A DNA stretch of 64,000 bases from Escherichia coli (GTDB lineage: Bacteria > Pseudomonadota > Gammaproteobacteria > Enterobacterales > Enterobacteriaceae): NCBI GenBank assembly GCA_902500055.1, contig GCA_902500055.1_4131.1. One strand, written 5' to 3'. Positions 38,862 through 47,257 of this stretch are shown here, one piece after another (position 1 is the first letter of the stretch; the number at the start of each line of letters is the position of its first letter). The notes below the pieces were generated by a model. That model was given only the letters and a program-made list of their open reading frames with translations. It was not told where the DNA came from and searched no databases. The translations under genes were made by a program, and so were the position numbers.

Positions 38862-39083
38862 TTAATTACGTTTAAAATGATATGTACCTTTATCATCCTG
38901 TACGCCCCATACTGATTTACCATCAACACCAGTGAAGCCGGATTGTAATTCAATATGGAAACCATTATTATCAACTACAAAAACTTTTTTATTTTCATCC
39001 CGATAACATTGATATTCTGAATCAACATTAAAGGCCGCATCATTCAGACGATTGGAAGCGTAAATGCAAGTCATTGTAGTCAT
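38862..39083 (-). CDS. hypothetical protein
   Basis: Track ORF trimmed to Met12 (MTTMTCIY...). Confidence 0.5.
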   Translation of the reverse strand: MTTMTCIYASNRLNDAAFNVDSEYQCYRDENKKVFVVDNNGFHIELQSGFTGVDGKSVWGVQDDKGTYHFKRN

Positions 39084-39211
39084 GATTTTATTCCTTAATA
39101 TACCAGGGAGAACCATTTCCCCCTCTCGATATAAAACATTATACTTGATTCTAAGTACAATGCAAGTACTTTTTAAAAAATAGTTTTCAGTACTGAATAC
39201 TTATATAATAG

Positions 39212-39295
39212 ATACACTTCCGCACCCTATGGGTCAGTGAGTTATCTCTCAATGGATATATAATAGCAAAGGGACTGACCGGAGTCAATCCCTTT
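39212..39295 (+). repeat. conserved intergenic unit, copy 2
   Basis: GATACACTTCCGCACCCTATGGGTCAG ... AAAGGGACTGACCGGAGTCAATCCCTTTTTT. Confidence 0.6.
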
Positions 39296-39306
39296 TTTAA
39301 TCTTTT

Positions 39307-39891
39307 TTATCGTGTTACCTTACTTGCTGCCACATCACGCTTTTTATAGTACTGATTCCAGATATTGCAGGTTAAACCGTAATCAAGTACTTTAATAAGG
39401 CCATTACGATCCTGGCCGATATTCTGTTTTCTGATATCTCTTATCGTTAGTGTTGATAATGTATCATCGACGTGTTGTAGTGCATCAGCAAAGCGGTGCT
39501 GGCGTTCGATTGCATTACGTTTAATATTGTACTTTAATTCATTGCACGCGTTTACGTGCTTCACACTACCTTTGCTTGCAGTACTCAACCGATCCATAAC
39601 GATAAACATATTATCAGGATCGCATAAATGCATATGCACCTTTGCAAAGTACTGTTTCAACTGAGGGCGGTCATAGTCTAAAAAATTCCATACCTTACAT
39701 TCAGTTTCATTTTGTTCTACACCCGCATCACAATTCGCGACCTTAATCACTAACCGATCATTTAAAGCGAAAACTATACGGGAAGAACCAGCACCGATGA
39801 TCTCCAGGCCAGCTAACCGACAAGCTGAAAGGATCTCTTTGTTGGTTTCCATTTCTGACAGTGTACGGATGAATTTAGTATAATTACGCAT
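39307..39891 (-). CDS. Hanks-type (eukaryotic-like) Ser/Thr protein kinase-like protein
   Basis: Trimmed to Met20 after AAGGAG; Gly loop IGAGSSRIVF, Lys in VIKV, catalytic-loop-like RDIRKQN, DYG in place of DFG. Confidence 0.55.
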   Translation of the reverse strand: MRNYTKFIRTLSEMETNKEILSACRLAGLEIIGAGSSRIVFALNDRLVIKVANCDAGVEQNETECKVWNFLDYDRPQLKQYFAKVHMHLCDPDNMFIVMDRLSTASKGSVKHVNACNELKYNIKRNAIERQHRFADALQHVDDTLSTLTIRDIRKQNIGQDRNGLIKVLDYGLTCNIWNQYYKKRDVAASKVTR

Positions 39892-39922
39892 TGCATGTTC
39901 TCCTTGAGTTAATGAAACTATA

Positions 39923-40165
39923 TTACAGTACTTTACTATCAATGGCAACTACTTTTTTAACATTAACGGCGTGGATCACTTCCTTCGTGTTTTTAGTACT
40001 GAATACTTTCGCCGCTCCTTGTTCGACCGTGATACGATAGCGACCATTAACATCAACCATATTAATAAAGTCCGGCGTGCTGAATGGTGTTGTTTTACAT
40101 TTGAGTACTGTTAACAGTTCCACCAGCGATGTAGTTTCTTTGATACGTTTTTCTAAAGTAATCAT
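39923..40165 (-). CDS. hypothetical protein
   Basis: Track ORF trimmed to Met20 (MITLEKRIK...). Confidence 0.5.
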   Translation of the reverse strand: MITLEKRIKETTSLVELLTVLKCKTTPFSTPDFINMVDVNGRYRITVEQGAAKVFSTKNTKEVIHAVNVKKVVAIDSKVL

Positions 40166-40222
40166 TTTGTTTCCCCCGTGTTGGTATGTACATATAGTAC
40201 TAAAACATTTGAGTACTGTCAA

Positions 40223-40441
40223 TTAGATAATATTATATTTCTTTAAAGATAATGCGTCTTGGGTTGGCTGATACTCGATACCGTTCCCATTATTGACTTC
40301 AACTAATAAACCTTTGTCAATTAGTTTTTTAATAGTACGATACCCCTGTTGAAAATTGGTAAAATGTGAATCATTACGAAAGGTATAACCGTGCTTAACT
40401 GCTTCATCAATAGTTTTCTTTTCGATTTTAGATAATTTCAT
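40223..40441 (-). CDS. hypothetical small protein, possible DNA-binding
   Basis: Trimmed to Met20 (MKLSKIEKK...); shares leader sequence with the upstream gene. Confidence 0.45.
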   Translation of the reverse strand: MKLSKIEKKTIDEAVKHGYTFRNDSHFTNFQQGYRTIKKLIDKGLLVEVNNGNGIEYQPTQDALSLKKYNII

Positions 40442-40494
40442 TTTGTTTCTCCCGTGTTGGTATGTGTACATAATACTAAAACAATTGAGTACTG

Positions 40495-40749
40495 TCAACG
40501 TGATATTAGTTTTATTTTCTTATTATATTGTTGGTGTTCATATAGGTTTATTTTTCCTGTGTTCTCTATTACTATTCTGTTGTTAGTGTCCACATCGATT
40601 ACACGCAGTTTCCCGTTGCTTAACTTCCTTGGTAATAGGTTACCATTAATAAACTCATTAGCAAGCTGTACGGCCTTTGTGATGATTCTCTTCGGTGCTT
40701 TATAGTGTACCCGTAAGATGTTATCTTTATATAGTTGAACCTTAATCAT
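40495..40749 (-). CDS. hypothetical protein
   Basis: 84 aa. Confidence 0.5.
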   Translation of the reverse strand: MIKVQLYKDNILRVHYKAPKRIITKAVQLANEFINGNLLPRKLSNGKLRVIDVDTNNRIVIENTGKINLYEHQQYNKKIKLISR

Positions 40750-40810
40750 TTTGTTTGTCCTATAAAAAAGGCGGGATCAGTTCCCGCCGTGTTGTTAGTA
40801 CTGCAAGTTA

Positions 40811-41206
40811 TTAGATAACCTGGCGGCGTTTACTGTATACTGTTACACGATTACCCTTACGATCATGTCGGATCTCTTTCTGGTTGCGAATCAGTTCACT
40901 TGGACGCTTAAGGTTTGCCAGGTGATCCGCGTGAGTCCATGCGGTGTGGTTTACCTGTACTTTGATATCAGAATCAGCGATAAACTCATCTTGTGCGTCA
41001 AGTATTGCCGCCAGCATATCCGCTCGTTTTAGTTCTGCTGCTGTTAGTACTGGCTCAGGTGAATTCACAATATCAGAGATTTCTTTGAACTGTACGGCCC
41101 AGCGTTGACCTTTCGGTGCTGTCGTTCCCATGTCTTTAAATGCTGCTCCTTCCTCGCGTGCAACAATACGGGCAGCTTCACGGGTAGCGTAGAATTTAGT
41201 AATCAT
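40811..41206 (-). CDS. hypothetical protein, paralog of 52866..53132
   Basis: Start set to Met4 (MITKFYATREAARIV...) by alignment with MNIKYFATREQARIA; shared ...RKGNRVTVY tail. Confidence 0.55.
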   Translation of the reverse strand: MITKFYATREAARIVAREEGAAFKDMGTTAPKGQRWAVQFKEISDIVNSPEPVLTAAELKRADMLAAILDAQDEFIADSDIKVQVNHTAWTHADHLANLKRPSELIRNQKEIRHDRKGNRVTVYSKRRQVI

Positions 41207-41301
41207 GGTATACATCCTATTAGTTGAGTTAGTACTACAAGTTAGAGTCTATTATAAAGTACTATCTGGGCAATGTCAAATAGTACTTTAAATGGATTCT
41301 A

Positions 41302-41625
41302 TTACATGTCTTTCTTACGTTTTACATCGTAGTAGCGAACTGTTATTTCTTTGTTAATCTCTTTTTCGATGCGGTGAATAACTTTTTCTTTCGGGTTGAA
41401 ACCTATAACGGTTTCTTTAATGATCTCCAAACCAGTGTATTCGCCTTGCGTACCGTAACCGTATGTAAAGGTTTCGTGTCCCAGGTCTTCCCAGCGGTCG
41501 CCAATTAACGCAGACACGTAGCAAGAGTGGTAAGTATTGCCGTTCCGATCAGTCCAGCGATTAACTTTAATGTCAAAGGAGGTTACAATTTTCAATTCCA
41601 CTTTCTGGGTAAGGATCATAGCCAT
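41302..41625 (-). CDS. hypothetical protein, paralog of 47258..47602
   Basis: 107 aa; shared YGYG and C-terminal VKRKKD. Confidence 0.55.
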   Translation of the reverse strand: MAMILTQKVELKIVTSFDIKVNRWTDRNGNTYHSCYVSALIGDRWEDLGHETFTYGYGTQGEYTGLEIIKETVIGFNPKEKVIHRIEKEINKEITVRYYDVKRKKDM

Positions 41626-41712
41626 TTTTATTTCTCTCTCTTTGTTAGGAGGGGAACCATTTCCCCGCCTTGATGTAAACTATTATACAGTACTAAGATA
41701 CTTTGTCAATAC

Positions 41713-41988
41713 TTAAGTATTGTAAATGTCGTGAATAGTGATAAAGTTTTTACGCCCGTAAACCTGTAAATCGGTATTAATGTAATGCTTATCAAGTACA
41801 TCCTCGACGCTTAAAGCCGTGTCGTGAATATCTTCGTAGAATTGAGGATCTACAATCTTGCTTAAGTCATCCGGCGTTAACTTATCGTTAAGCCATTGAA
41901 CCGCCTGGATATCTGCATCACGTTTCCATTGTTCCAGGTTAGTAGTCAGTACTTGTTCGATTTCGTTAGCTGTCAGTAGAATCCGCAT
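41713..41988 (-). CDS. hypothetical protein
   Basis: 91 aa. Confidence 0.5.
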   Translation of the reverse strand: MRILLTANEIEQVLTTNLEQWKRDADIQAVQWLNDKLTPDDLSKIVDPQFYEDIHDTALSVEDVLDKHYINTDLQVYGRKNFITIHDIYNT

Positions 41989-42008
41989 TTTAATGTTTCC
42001 TTATCAGT

Positions 42009-42150
42009 GGTTGATGTAAGTATTATACTCGTTTACTTTCTATTGTCAAACTATTTTATCAGGGGAGTTTTTCGTATGTCTTACTCCTGGACTACTTAAC
42101 GGGGTTACTTGTTTCGTTCCCCGTCCTGATGTAAAACATTATACTTGATT
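42009..42150 (-). repeat. duplicated ~140-bp leader cassette, copy 1
   Basis: Near-identical to 52141..52282; contains two tandem promoters and hairpins CGGGGAACG..CCCCG and GGAGTAAG..CTCC. Confidence 0.55.
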
Positions 42151-42221
42151 CTAAGTACAATGCAAGTACTTTTTAAAAATAGTTTTCAGTACTTGATAGT
42201 ACTAGCCACCAGCAAACAATA

Positions 42222-42301
42222 GATACATTTATGCACCCGGTGGGCTAATTTGTTTCTATGCGTATATAATAGCAAAGGGACTGACCGGAGTCAATCCCTT
42301 T
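42222..42301 (+). repeat. conserved intergenic unit, copy 3
   Basis: GATACATTTATGCACCCGGTGGGCTAA ... AAAGGGACTGACCGGAGTCAATCCCTTTTT. Confidence 0.6.
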
Positions 42302-42312
42302 TTCAATTATTT

Positions 42313-42462
42313 TTAAACTTCTTTCGGGTTGCGATAGGTGATAGCGTTCGGGTACATTTGTTTAATGTTATTCCATGCCTGGTTAACATTATAACCACTT
42401 GAGCGAATCAGTTGGTTACTACCGACACCTTGAAACACTACTTCAAATAAGAATTCTTTCAT
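42313..42462 (-). CDS. small hypothetical protein (49 aa)
   Basis: Hand-translated MKEFLFEVVFQGVGSNQ...; ATGA-coupled to upstream gene. Confidence 0.35.
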   Translation of the reverse strand: MKEFLFEVVFQGVGSNQLIRSSGYNVNQAWNNIKQMYPNAITYRNPKEV

Positions 42463-42632
42463 GCTTTCACCTCGCTATCTGCTTTGCCTTTACGCCAGGC
42501 CGTTGCTAATTGTTCGCGTTGCCATAAGTCGAGTGATACGTAAAGTTTTGCATTATCACCCTTCGGATATTCGCCAGTAGTACCAATCCGATAAAACAGA
42601 TCTTTCAGTACTGTTAATTCTACCTGGACCAT
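42459..42632 (-). CDS. small hypothetical protein
   Basis: Track ORF trimmed to Met35 (MVQVELTVLKDLF...) downstream of the leader hairpin. Confidence 0.45.
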   Translation of the reverse strand: MVQVELTVLKDLFYRIGTTGEYPKGDNAKLYVSLDLWQREQLATAWRKGKADSEVKA

Positions 42633-42718
42633 TATACTTTCCTCTTTGTTAGGAGGGGAACTATTCCCCTTCCGATATAAAACATTATACACTTTATTCA
42701 GTACAGTGCAAGTACTTT

Positions 42719-42931
42719 TTAATCTTTCAGCCAATGATCCTGAATGAATTTTTCACCGAAACCTTGCTGCATTGATTGTAACAGACGTTCGCGATGAGCG
42801 GCGGCGAATTGCTCAGTACTATGCGTTACACCTGGTTGATATCTGGATTCACCATTGGGGGCGATGTATTGTACATCCCACGGTTTTTCGTTAGTATCAG
42901 ACCATTTACGAACGATTAGTTGACCTTGCAT
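42719..42931 (-). CDS. hypothetical protein
   Basis: 70 aa. Confidence 0.5.
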   Translation of the reverse strand: MQGQLIVRKWSDTNEKPWDVQYIAPNGESRYQPGVTHSTEQFAAAHRERLLQSMQQGFGEKFIQDHWLKD

Positions 42932-43017
42932 TTTTCTTTCCTCTTAGTGGGGAGAATCATTTTCTCCCCTTCATGTAACTTATTATACAGTACTATAATC
43001 TATTGTCCAGTACTTTT

Positions 43018-43206
43018 TTACAGTTTATGAATTAATTCTTTATCTAAGCGATAGCGTACATTATTAATGGTAACAGCATTATTTTTAATGCTACGCTGTA
43101 CGGGTCCACCAGCAATAACAAACGTTGCTTTATTGCCCCGAACAATGATAGCACTTCCAGGATTACCGAAATCATCTTGTACTAAAATACTTGATAAGTT
43201 TTCCAT
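43018..43206 (-). CDS. hypothetical protein
   Basis: 62 aa. Confidence 0.5.
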   Translation of the reverse strand: MENLSSILVQDDFGNPGSAIIVRGNKATFVIAGGPVQRSIKNNAVTINNVRYRLDKELIHKL

Positions 43207-43284
43207 TTTTATTTCCTCTTAGTAGGGGAAGATGTTTCCCCTTGATGCAAGTACTATAACAGTACTGAAAACTAAATGCAAGTA

Positions 43285-43641
43285 CTATGATAAAATCATG
43301 ATAGGATATTCACTATCTATCAATACCTCGAATCCGAAACCTTCGTACCATTCTTTAAGATTAAAGGCGTTATCTTCTCCCGTATCGCATTCTAAGATGA
43401 TACAATCTGAATCATCGGCGGCATCGATAAAGGCATTCATTAATTCGTTACCTTCACCATTGCCCCGACTATCAGGATCAACATAAAGAGAATCAATAAA
43501 CGCTACACGGTCATAATCAAGATCCGGTGCAATGATTCCACGTTTAACAAACCAGTACTGCAATTGTGCTACTTTGCCCTGTACCTGATAACCAGTGATC
43601 TCTCCATTGTCAGTAGTACGCGTGATATGTTGTATTCCCAT
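43285..43641 (-). CDS. GNAT-family N-acetyltransferase-like protein
   Basis: 118 aa; acetyl-CoA motif-A-like IDSLYVDPDSRGNGEGNELMNAFIDAA. Confidence 0.5.
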   Translation of the reverse strand: MGIQHITRTTDNGEITGYQVQGKVAQLQYWFVKRGIIAPDLDYDRVAFIDSLYVDPDSRGNGEGNELMNAFIDAADDSDCIILECDTGEDNAFNLKEWYEGFGFEVLIDSEYPIMILS

Positions 43642-43705
43642 GATTACTATCCTCAGTTAAGATATAAAACATTATACACTATCTTTCAGTACTGTCAATT
43701 ACTTT

Positions 43706-43963
43706 TTATCTCATAGATCTATGCCAACAATTACGCGGTTGACGTTTAAAAATACTATCATGATCCTCCTGGCAAGTTATGCAGTACTTACACCCCTTAA
43801 CGACCTGGCGGCGATTCTCAGGGATTTTATCGCCGCAGTCGAGGCAATGTATCAGTGATTCTATTTGTGCGTTAATTTGCGTTCTAGCGTGGTTAACAGC
43901 AGCCTGAATCACTGCGTTAATCTCGTCTTGTTCGGCCCCATCTTTCGCGAATCCTACAGCCAT
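43706..43963 (-). CDS. TraR/DksA-type C4 zinc-finger protein
   Basis: 85 aa; CLDCGDKIPENRRQVVKGCKYCITC (CxxC...CxxC). Confidence 0.5.
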   Translation of the reverse strand: MAVGFAKDGAEQDEINAVIQAAVNHARTQINAQIESLIHCLDCGDKIPENRRQVVKGCKYCITCQEDHDSIFKRQPRNCWHRSMR

Positions 43964-44164
43964 TATTTTAACCTCATTATAAAAATACTATAGTACTGTA
44001 ATGCGACAATAATATTACTTGTTCTTACTTTTTCCAATCCACATGATACCACATATTCATTACCATATGTGCGGAACGATACACCATGAAAATTTTTATA
44101 CACTTGCACTACTAATCATAACCTTTCGTCTAACCAACTGCATAGAATTATACTACTTTACGCA

Positions 44165-44205
44165 AATTGATCAAGTATTGATCAGATCATTTTTGATCAA
44201 TATTA
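44165..44205 (-). promoter_or_regulatory. cluster of TTGATCA palindromes (4 GATC sites in ~40 bp) in a leader
   Basis: AAATTGATCAAGTATTGATCAGATCATTTTTGATCAATATT. Confidence 0.4.
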
Positions 44206-44293
44206 TACAGTTACATTTGTGCACCCTATGGGTTAGTGACGTTCTCGTCTTGATGTAAGTATTATGCCAGTACTGGATGATATTGTCAATAGA

Positions 44294-44491
44294 TTATTTT
44301 AATTTTTTTCTGTCATTGATTAATGCTTTCAGTACTATACTAATGATTTGCAATGATTCATCAATGACTATAAAATTATTTTCTTTCATTAGATGATAGT
44401 TACCATTGATTGTATATTCTAAGGAGTACTGTTTACGTTTAATTTTTGATAATGTTTCTATTTGTTTTTGTACTGATTTCATGCTAATCAT
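44294..44491 (-). CDS. hypothetical protein
   Basis: 65 aa. Confidence 0.45.
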   Translation of the reverse strand: MISMKSVQKQIETLSKIKRKQYSLEYTINGNYHLMKENNFIVIDESLQIISIVLKALINDRKKLK

Positions 44492-44596
44492 TGGTAAACG
44501 TCCTGTAACGCATTCTAACGAGATAAACGGTTGAGTACTGGCATTGTATAGGGTAATGAATTAAAGCCCACCAGCGTTAACCAGTGGGCTATAATC

Positions 44597-44740
44597 TTAC
44601 ATCTTGCGGATAATCTTAACAGTATCTTTCACCGATTTACCGTTTTGCTGACATTGCTCGATCATCGCGTATTGTTCTGCGGTCAGATCCTCGCCAGTTT
44701 TTGCCAGTACTGCGTCGATGAATGAATCCAGTGCGATCAT
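44597..44740 (-). CDS. small hypothetical protein (47 aa)
   Basis: Hand-translated MIALDSFIDAVLAKTGEDLTAEQ...; promoter and leader upstream. Confidence 0.35.
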   Translation of the reverse strand: MIALDSFIDAVLAKTGEDLTAEQYAMIEQCQQNGKSVKDTVKIIRKM

Positions 44741-44832
44741 TTTGTTTCTCTCTCTTAGGTTAAGTTAACTACTGTTTATAAAACTTATTATACAGTACTA
44801 TCAAACGTTGTCAATAGTACTGGTAATATATT

Positions 44833-45045
44833 TTAATTGATGATGGTTAATGTAAAGTTATAATCCCCTGCCTGGTATAGTACTTTATCGCCGAACGTGC
44901 CGACACGTTTCATATTGCAATAGATACCCATAACACTTTTTACATCTTTGATATTCCGAACGCCCGTAATATCCTTGTTTAAATGATCGTGATCAGAAAA
45001 TAAAACTTGTTTTGCATTTTTCAGTACAGTGCAGATATTAGCCAT
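44833..45045 (-). CDS. hypothetical protein
   Basis: 70 aa. Confidence 0.5.
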   Translation of the reverse strand: MANICTVLKNAKQVLFSDHDHLNKDITGVRNIKDVKSVMGIYCNMKRVGTFGDKVLYQAGDYNFTLTIIN

Positions 45046-45141
45046 TTTGTTTTCTCTCTCTGTTAGTGGGGAGAAGTTTTTCTCCCCTTGATGTAAACTA
45101 TTATACAGTACTATAATCTATTGTCAAACTATTTTTTTATA

Positions 45142-45483
45142 TTATTCGAAATCTTCTGGACCGGACTGATAATCATCTTCACCGTATGCACTTTCTAACT
45201 TCTCGCCAGTGTGATCATCAGTTAGTGAATCATCCTCATAATTCACGTCTACGCCTACAATGTAAAACTGGCTATCGTCTGGATCATTGAAATTAATTTT
45301 CTGAATGTTTACAATAACTGTATTGATGCCCAGGACACAGCCATCAGCCGTTACAAAGTACTGATATTTTTCACAACCGCCTGAATTGAAACCGTAATTA
45401 ATTTCGGCCCGACCATCATTTAAACGCAGTGCCTGGGCGATGATTTCATTTTCAAAGTTAGATTGAGCAATTGAGATAGTCAT
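45142..45483 (-). CDS. hypothetical protein with acidic C-terminus
   Basis: 113 aa; C-terminal ...ESAYGEDDYQSGPEDFE. Confidence 0.5.
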   Translation of the reverse strand: MTISIAQSNFENEIIAQALRLNDGRAEINYGFNSGGCEKYQYFVTADGCVLGINTVIVNIQKINFNDPDDSQFYIVGVDVNYEDDSLTDDHTGEKLESAYGEDDYQSGPEDFE

Positions 45484-45606
45484 GATTTGTTTCCTTATTA
45501 CCAGGGGAAACCGTTTCCCCTTTCGATGTAAAACATTATACGCTTATTGAGATAGTTTGCAAGTACTTTTTAAAAATAGTTTTCAGTACTCAATACTTAT
45601 ATAATA

Positions 45607-45692
45607 GATACACTTATGCACCCGGTGGGCTAGTGAGCTATCTCTCAATGAATATATAATAGCAAAATGGCTGACCGAAGTCAACCACTTTT
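45607..45692 (+). repeat. conserved intergenic unit, copy 4 (degenerate hairpin)
   Basis: GATACACTTATGCACCCGGTGGGCTAGTGAG ... AAAATGGCTGACCGAAGTCAACCACTTTTTT. Confidence 0.55.
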
Positions 45693-45697
45693 TTCAT

Positions 45698-45832
45698 TTA
45701 TTTTTTAGCTTTCAGTACTGCCGCCTTTCGCGTCATGCCTTGCTTAATGTACTCCTTTACTTTCGCTTTACGTGCTTTCGCTTTATCTGCTTTCGTTTTA
45801 GGAGTACTGTAAATTAAACCGTTAGGATTCAT
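45698..45832 (-). CDS. small basic protein (44 aa)
   Basis: Hand-translated MNPNGLIYSTPKTKADKAKARKAK...; TAAATG junction with upstream peptide. Confidence 0.35.
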   Translation of the reverse strand: MNPNGLIYSTPKTKADKAKARKAKVKEYIKQGMTRKAAVLKAKK

Positions 45833-45922
45833 TTAAATCACCATAAAGAATAGATAGGTTACTAACAATGCCGCGATCAATGCACCGATCACCGCTGAAC
45901 TGTAATAAGCTAATGATTTCAT
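45833..45922 (-). CDS. small hydrophobic peptide (29 aa), probable single TM helix
   Basis: Hand-translated MKSLAYYSSAVIGALIAALLVTYLFFMVI; ATGA-coupled to upstream gene. Confidence 0.35.
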   Translation of the reverse strand: MKSLAYYSSAVIGALIAALLVTYLFFMVI

Positions 45923-46071
45923 TTTTTAGCCTGAAAATAATGTTTAATTTGAGCGGCGGTCAGTGCACAATTACGCAGGAAGTTTTCTGTATAACTTTTG
46001 CGAGTACTGAAAGAGAATTGACCTTTGCCGTTACCGATAGTAACATCAAACCGAGCGTTGTATTGTTTCAT
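45919..46071 (-). CDS. small hypothetical protein (50 aa)
   Basis: Track ORF trimmed to Met11 (MKQYNARFDVTIGNGKGQ...). Confidence 0.4.
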   Translation of the reverse strand: MKQYNARFDVTIGNGKGQFSFSTRKSYTENFLRNCALTAAQIKHYFQAKK

Positions 46072-46152
46072 TTTGTTTCTCCTGTTATTGGGGAGAATCA
46101 TTTCTCCCCTTCATGTAAACTATTATACAGTACTAAAAACTAATTGCAAGTA

Positions 46153-46299
46153 CTATTTTTTAGATTTACGCAAACTTTCTACCATCTCAGGAGTAAGGCC
46201 CGGCGGGTAGGAAACTACTTCATCAACGAAACGTAAAGGGAATACCCCAGCGAAAGGTGAACGTGCTTTCTTAGTATTACTCTTTTTTGATGCTTTCAT
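46153..46299 (-). CDS. small basic protein (48 aa)
   Basis: Hand-translated MKASKKSNTKKARSPFAGVF...; leader hairpin GGGGAGAATCATTTCTCCCC upstream. Confidence 0.4.
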   Translation of the reverse strand: MKASKKSNTKKARSPFAGVFPLRFVDEVVSYPPGLTPEMVESLRKSKK

Positions 46300-46368
46300 T
46301 TCATATTCCTTAATTAGTGGGGAGAATCATTTCTCCCCTTCATGTAAAACATTATACGCGTTTAAAAA

Positions 46369-46578
46369 CTAATTGCAAGTACTATTTGAAAGTAAATGCT
46401 CATACGCTGCATTAACTACGTTTTCAATAACCGACTGTACAGAAAGATCCCCCACGTCCTGGCTATAGTAGAAATCGCTTACAGTGGTGTCATCGTATGC
46501 AAATACTTTACCAGGTACGGCATCAATCACATACATATTAACCTTTAAGATGTCGATCTTATCCTGTACAGTAAGCAT
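46369..46578 (-). CDS. hypothetical protein
   Basis: 69 aa. Confidence 0.5.
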   Translation of the reverse strand: MLTVQDKIDILKVNMYVIDAVPGKVFAYDDTTVSDFYYSQDVGDLSVQSVIENVVNAAYEHLLSNSTCN

Positions 46579-46583
46579 ATTAA

Positions 46584-46856
46584 TTAACCTTTTAAGTACT
46601 GGCTTAAGTAGTCTTGTTGATCTTCGGTGATTGCAGCCATCTTCCCTAGTACTGGATTGATGATATAATCCCCTGTAACGTCCTGTAACGCATTCTCAGG
46701 CGGTTTAACGGCTGGGGTAGCCATAGCCATTGCCTGGACTTGTTCGACGCTGTAACGCTCATATAGGCGGCATTCTTCCGGTGTTAACATAGCATCAGTA
46801 CGCTTCATCGGTTTAATGATGCTTTCGATCTCATTCAGTACTTGATTAACGTTCAT
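46584..46856 (-). CDS. hypothetical protein
   Basis: 90 aa. Confidence 0.5.
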   Translation of the reverse strand: MNVNQVLNEIESIIKPMKRTDAMLTPEECRLYERYSVEQVQAMAMATPAVKPPENALQDVTGDYIINPVLGKMAAITEDQQDYLSQYLKG

Positions 46857-46907
46857 GGTATAATCCCCAATATAAGCGGCCTGAATCGACCGCTAACGAT
46901 GTTTTGA

Positions 46908-47177
46908 TTAATAGGTGTATGGTTGACGCTCAAACAATGATTGCACGTTGTACGCCCCGCTTATGGGCTTCGCTGGTAAATCAATTTTATATTGTTCACG
47001 CTTAAAGATAATAAAACGGCAATTGTTTTTAACATCAAAATTGATTGAACGTTCCAGGAGTTTACCATCGTGCACAAATACAAGATAACCGCTTGGTACT
47101 TGTTTTGTAGTACTGGTTGCAACCATAGACCGCCGAACATGTGTACCTGCATCGATTAAAGTACTGATATTTTTCAT
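46908..47177 (-). CDS. hypothetical protein
   Basis: 89 aa. Confidence 0.5.
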   Translation of the reverse strand: MKNISTLIDAGTHVRRSMVATSTTKQVPSGYLVFVHDGKLLERSINFDVKNNCRFIIFKREQYKIDLPAKPISGAYNVQSLFERQPYTY

Positions 47178-47257
47178 TATACGATCCTCTTAAGTTAATT
47201 TAATTTCTTTCCCCTATGCAGACACTATATCAAAGTATCTGCATAAAGTAAAGCTAA

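Noticed and set aside
44019-44258. Plus-strand ORF 44019..44258
   Set aside because: Sits in the leader containing the GATC palindrome cluster and a minus-strand promoter; no RBS; probably non-coding
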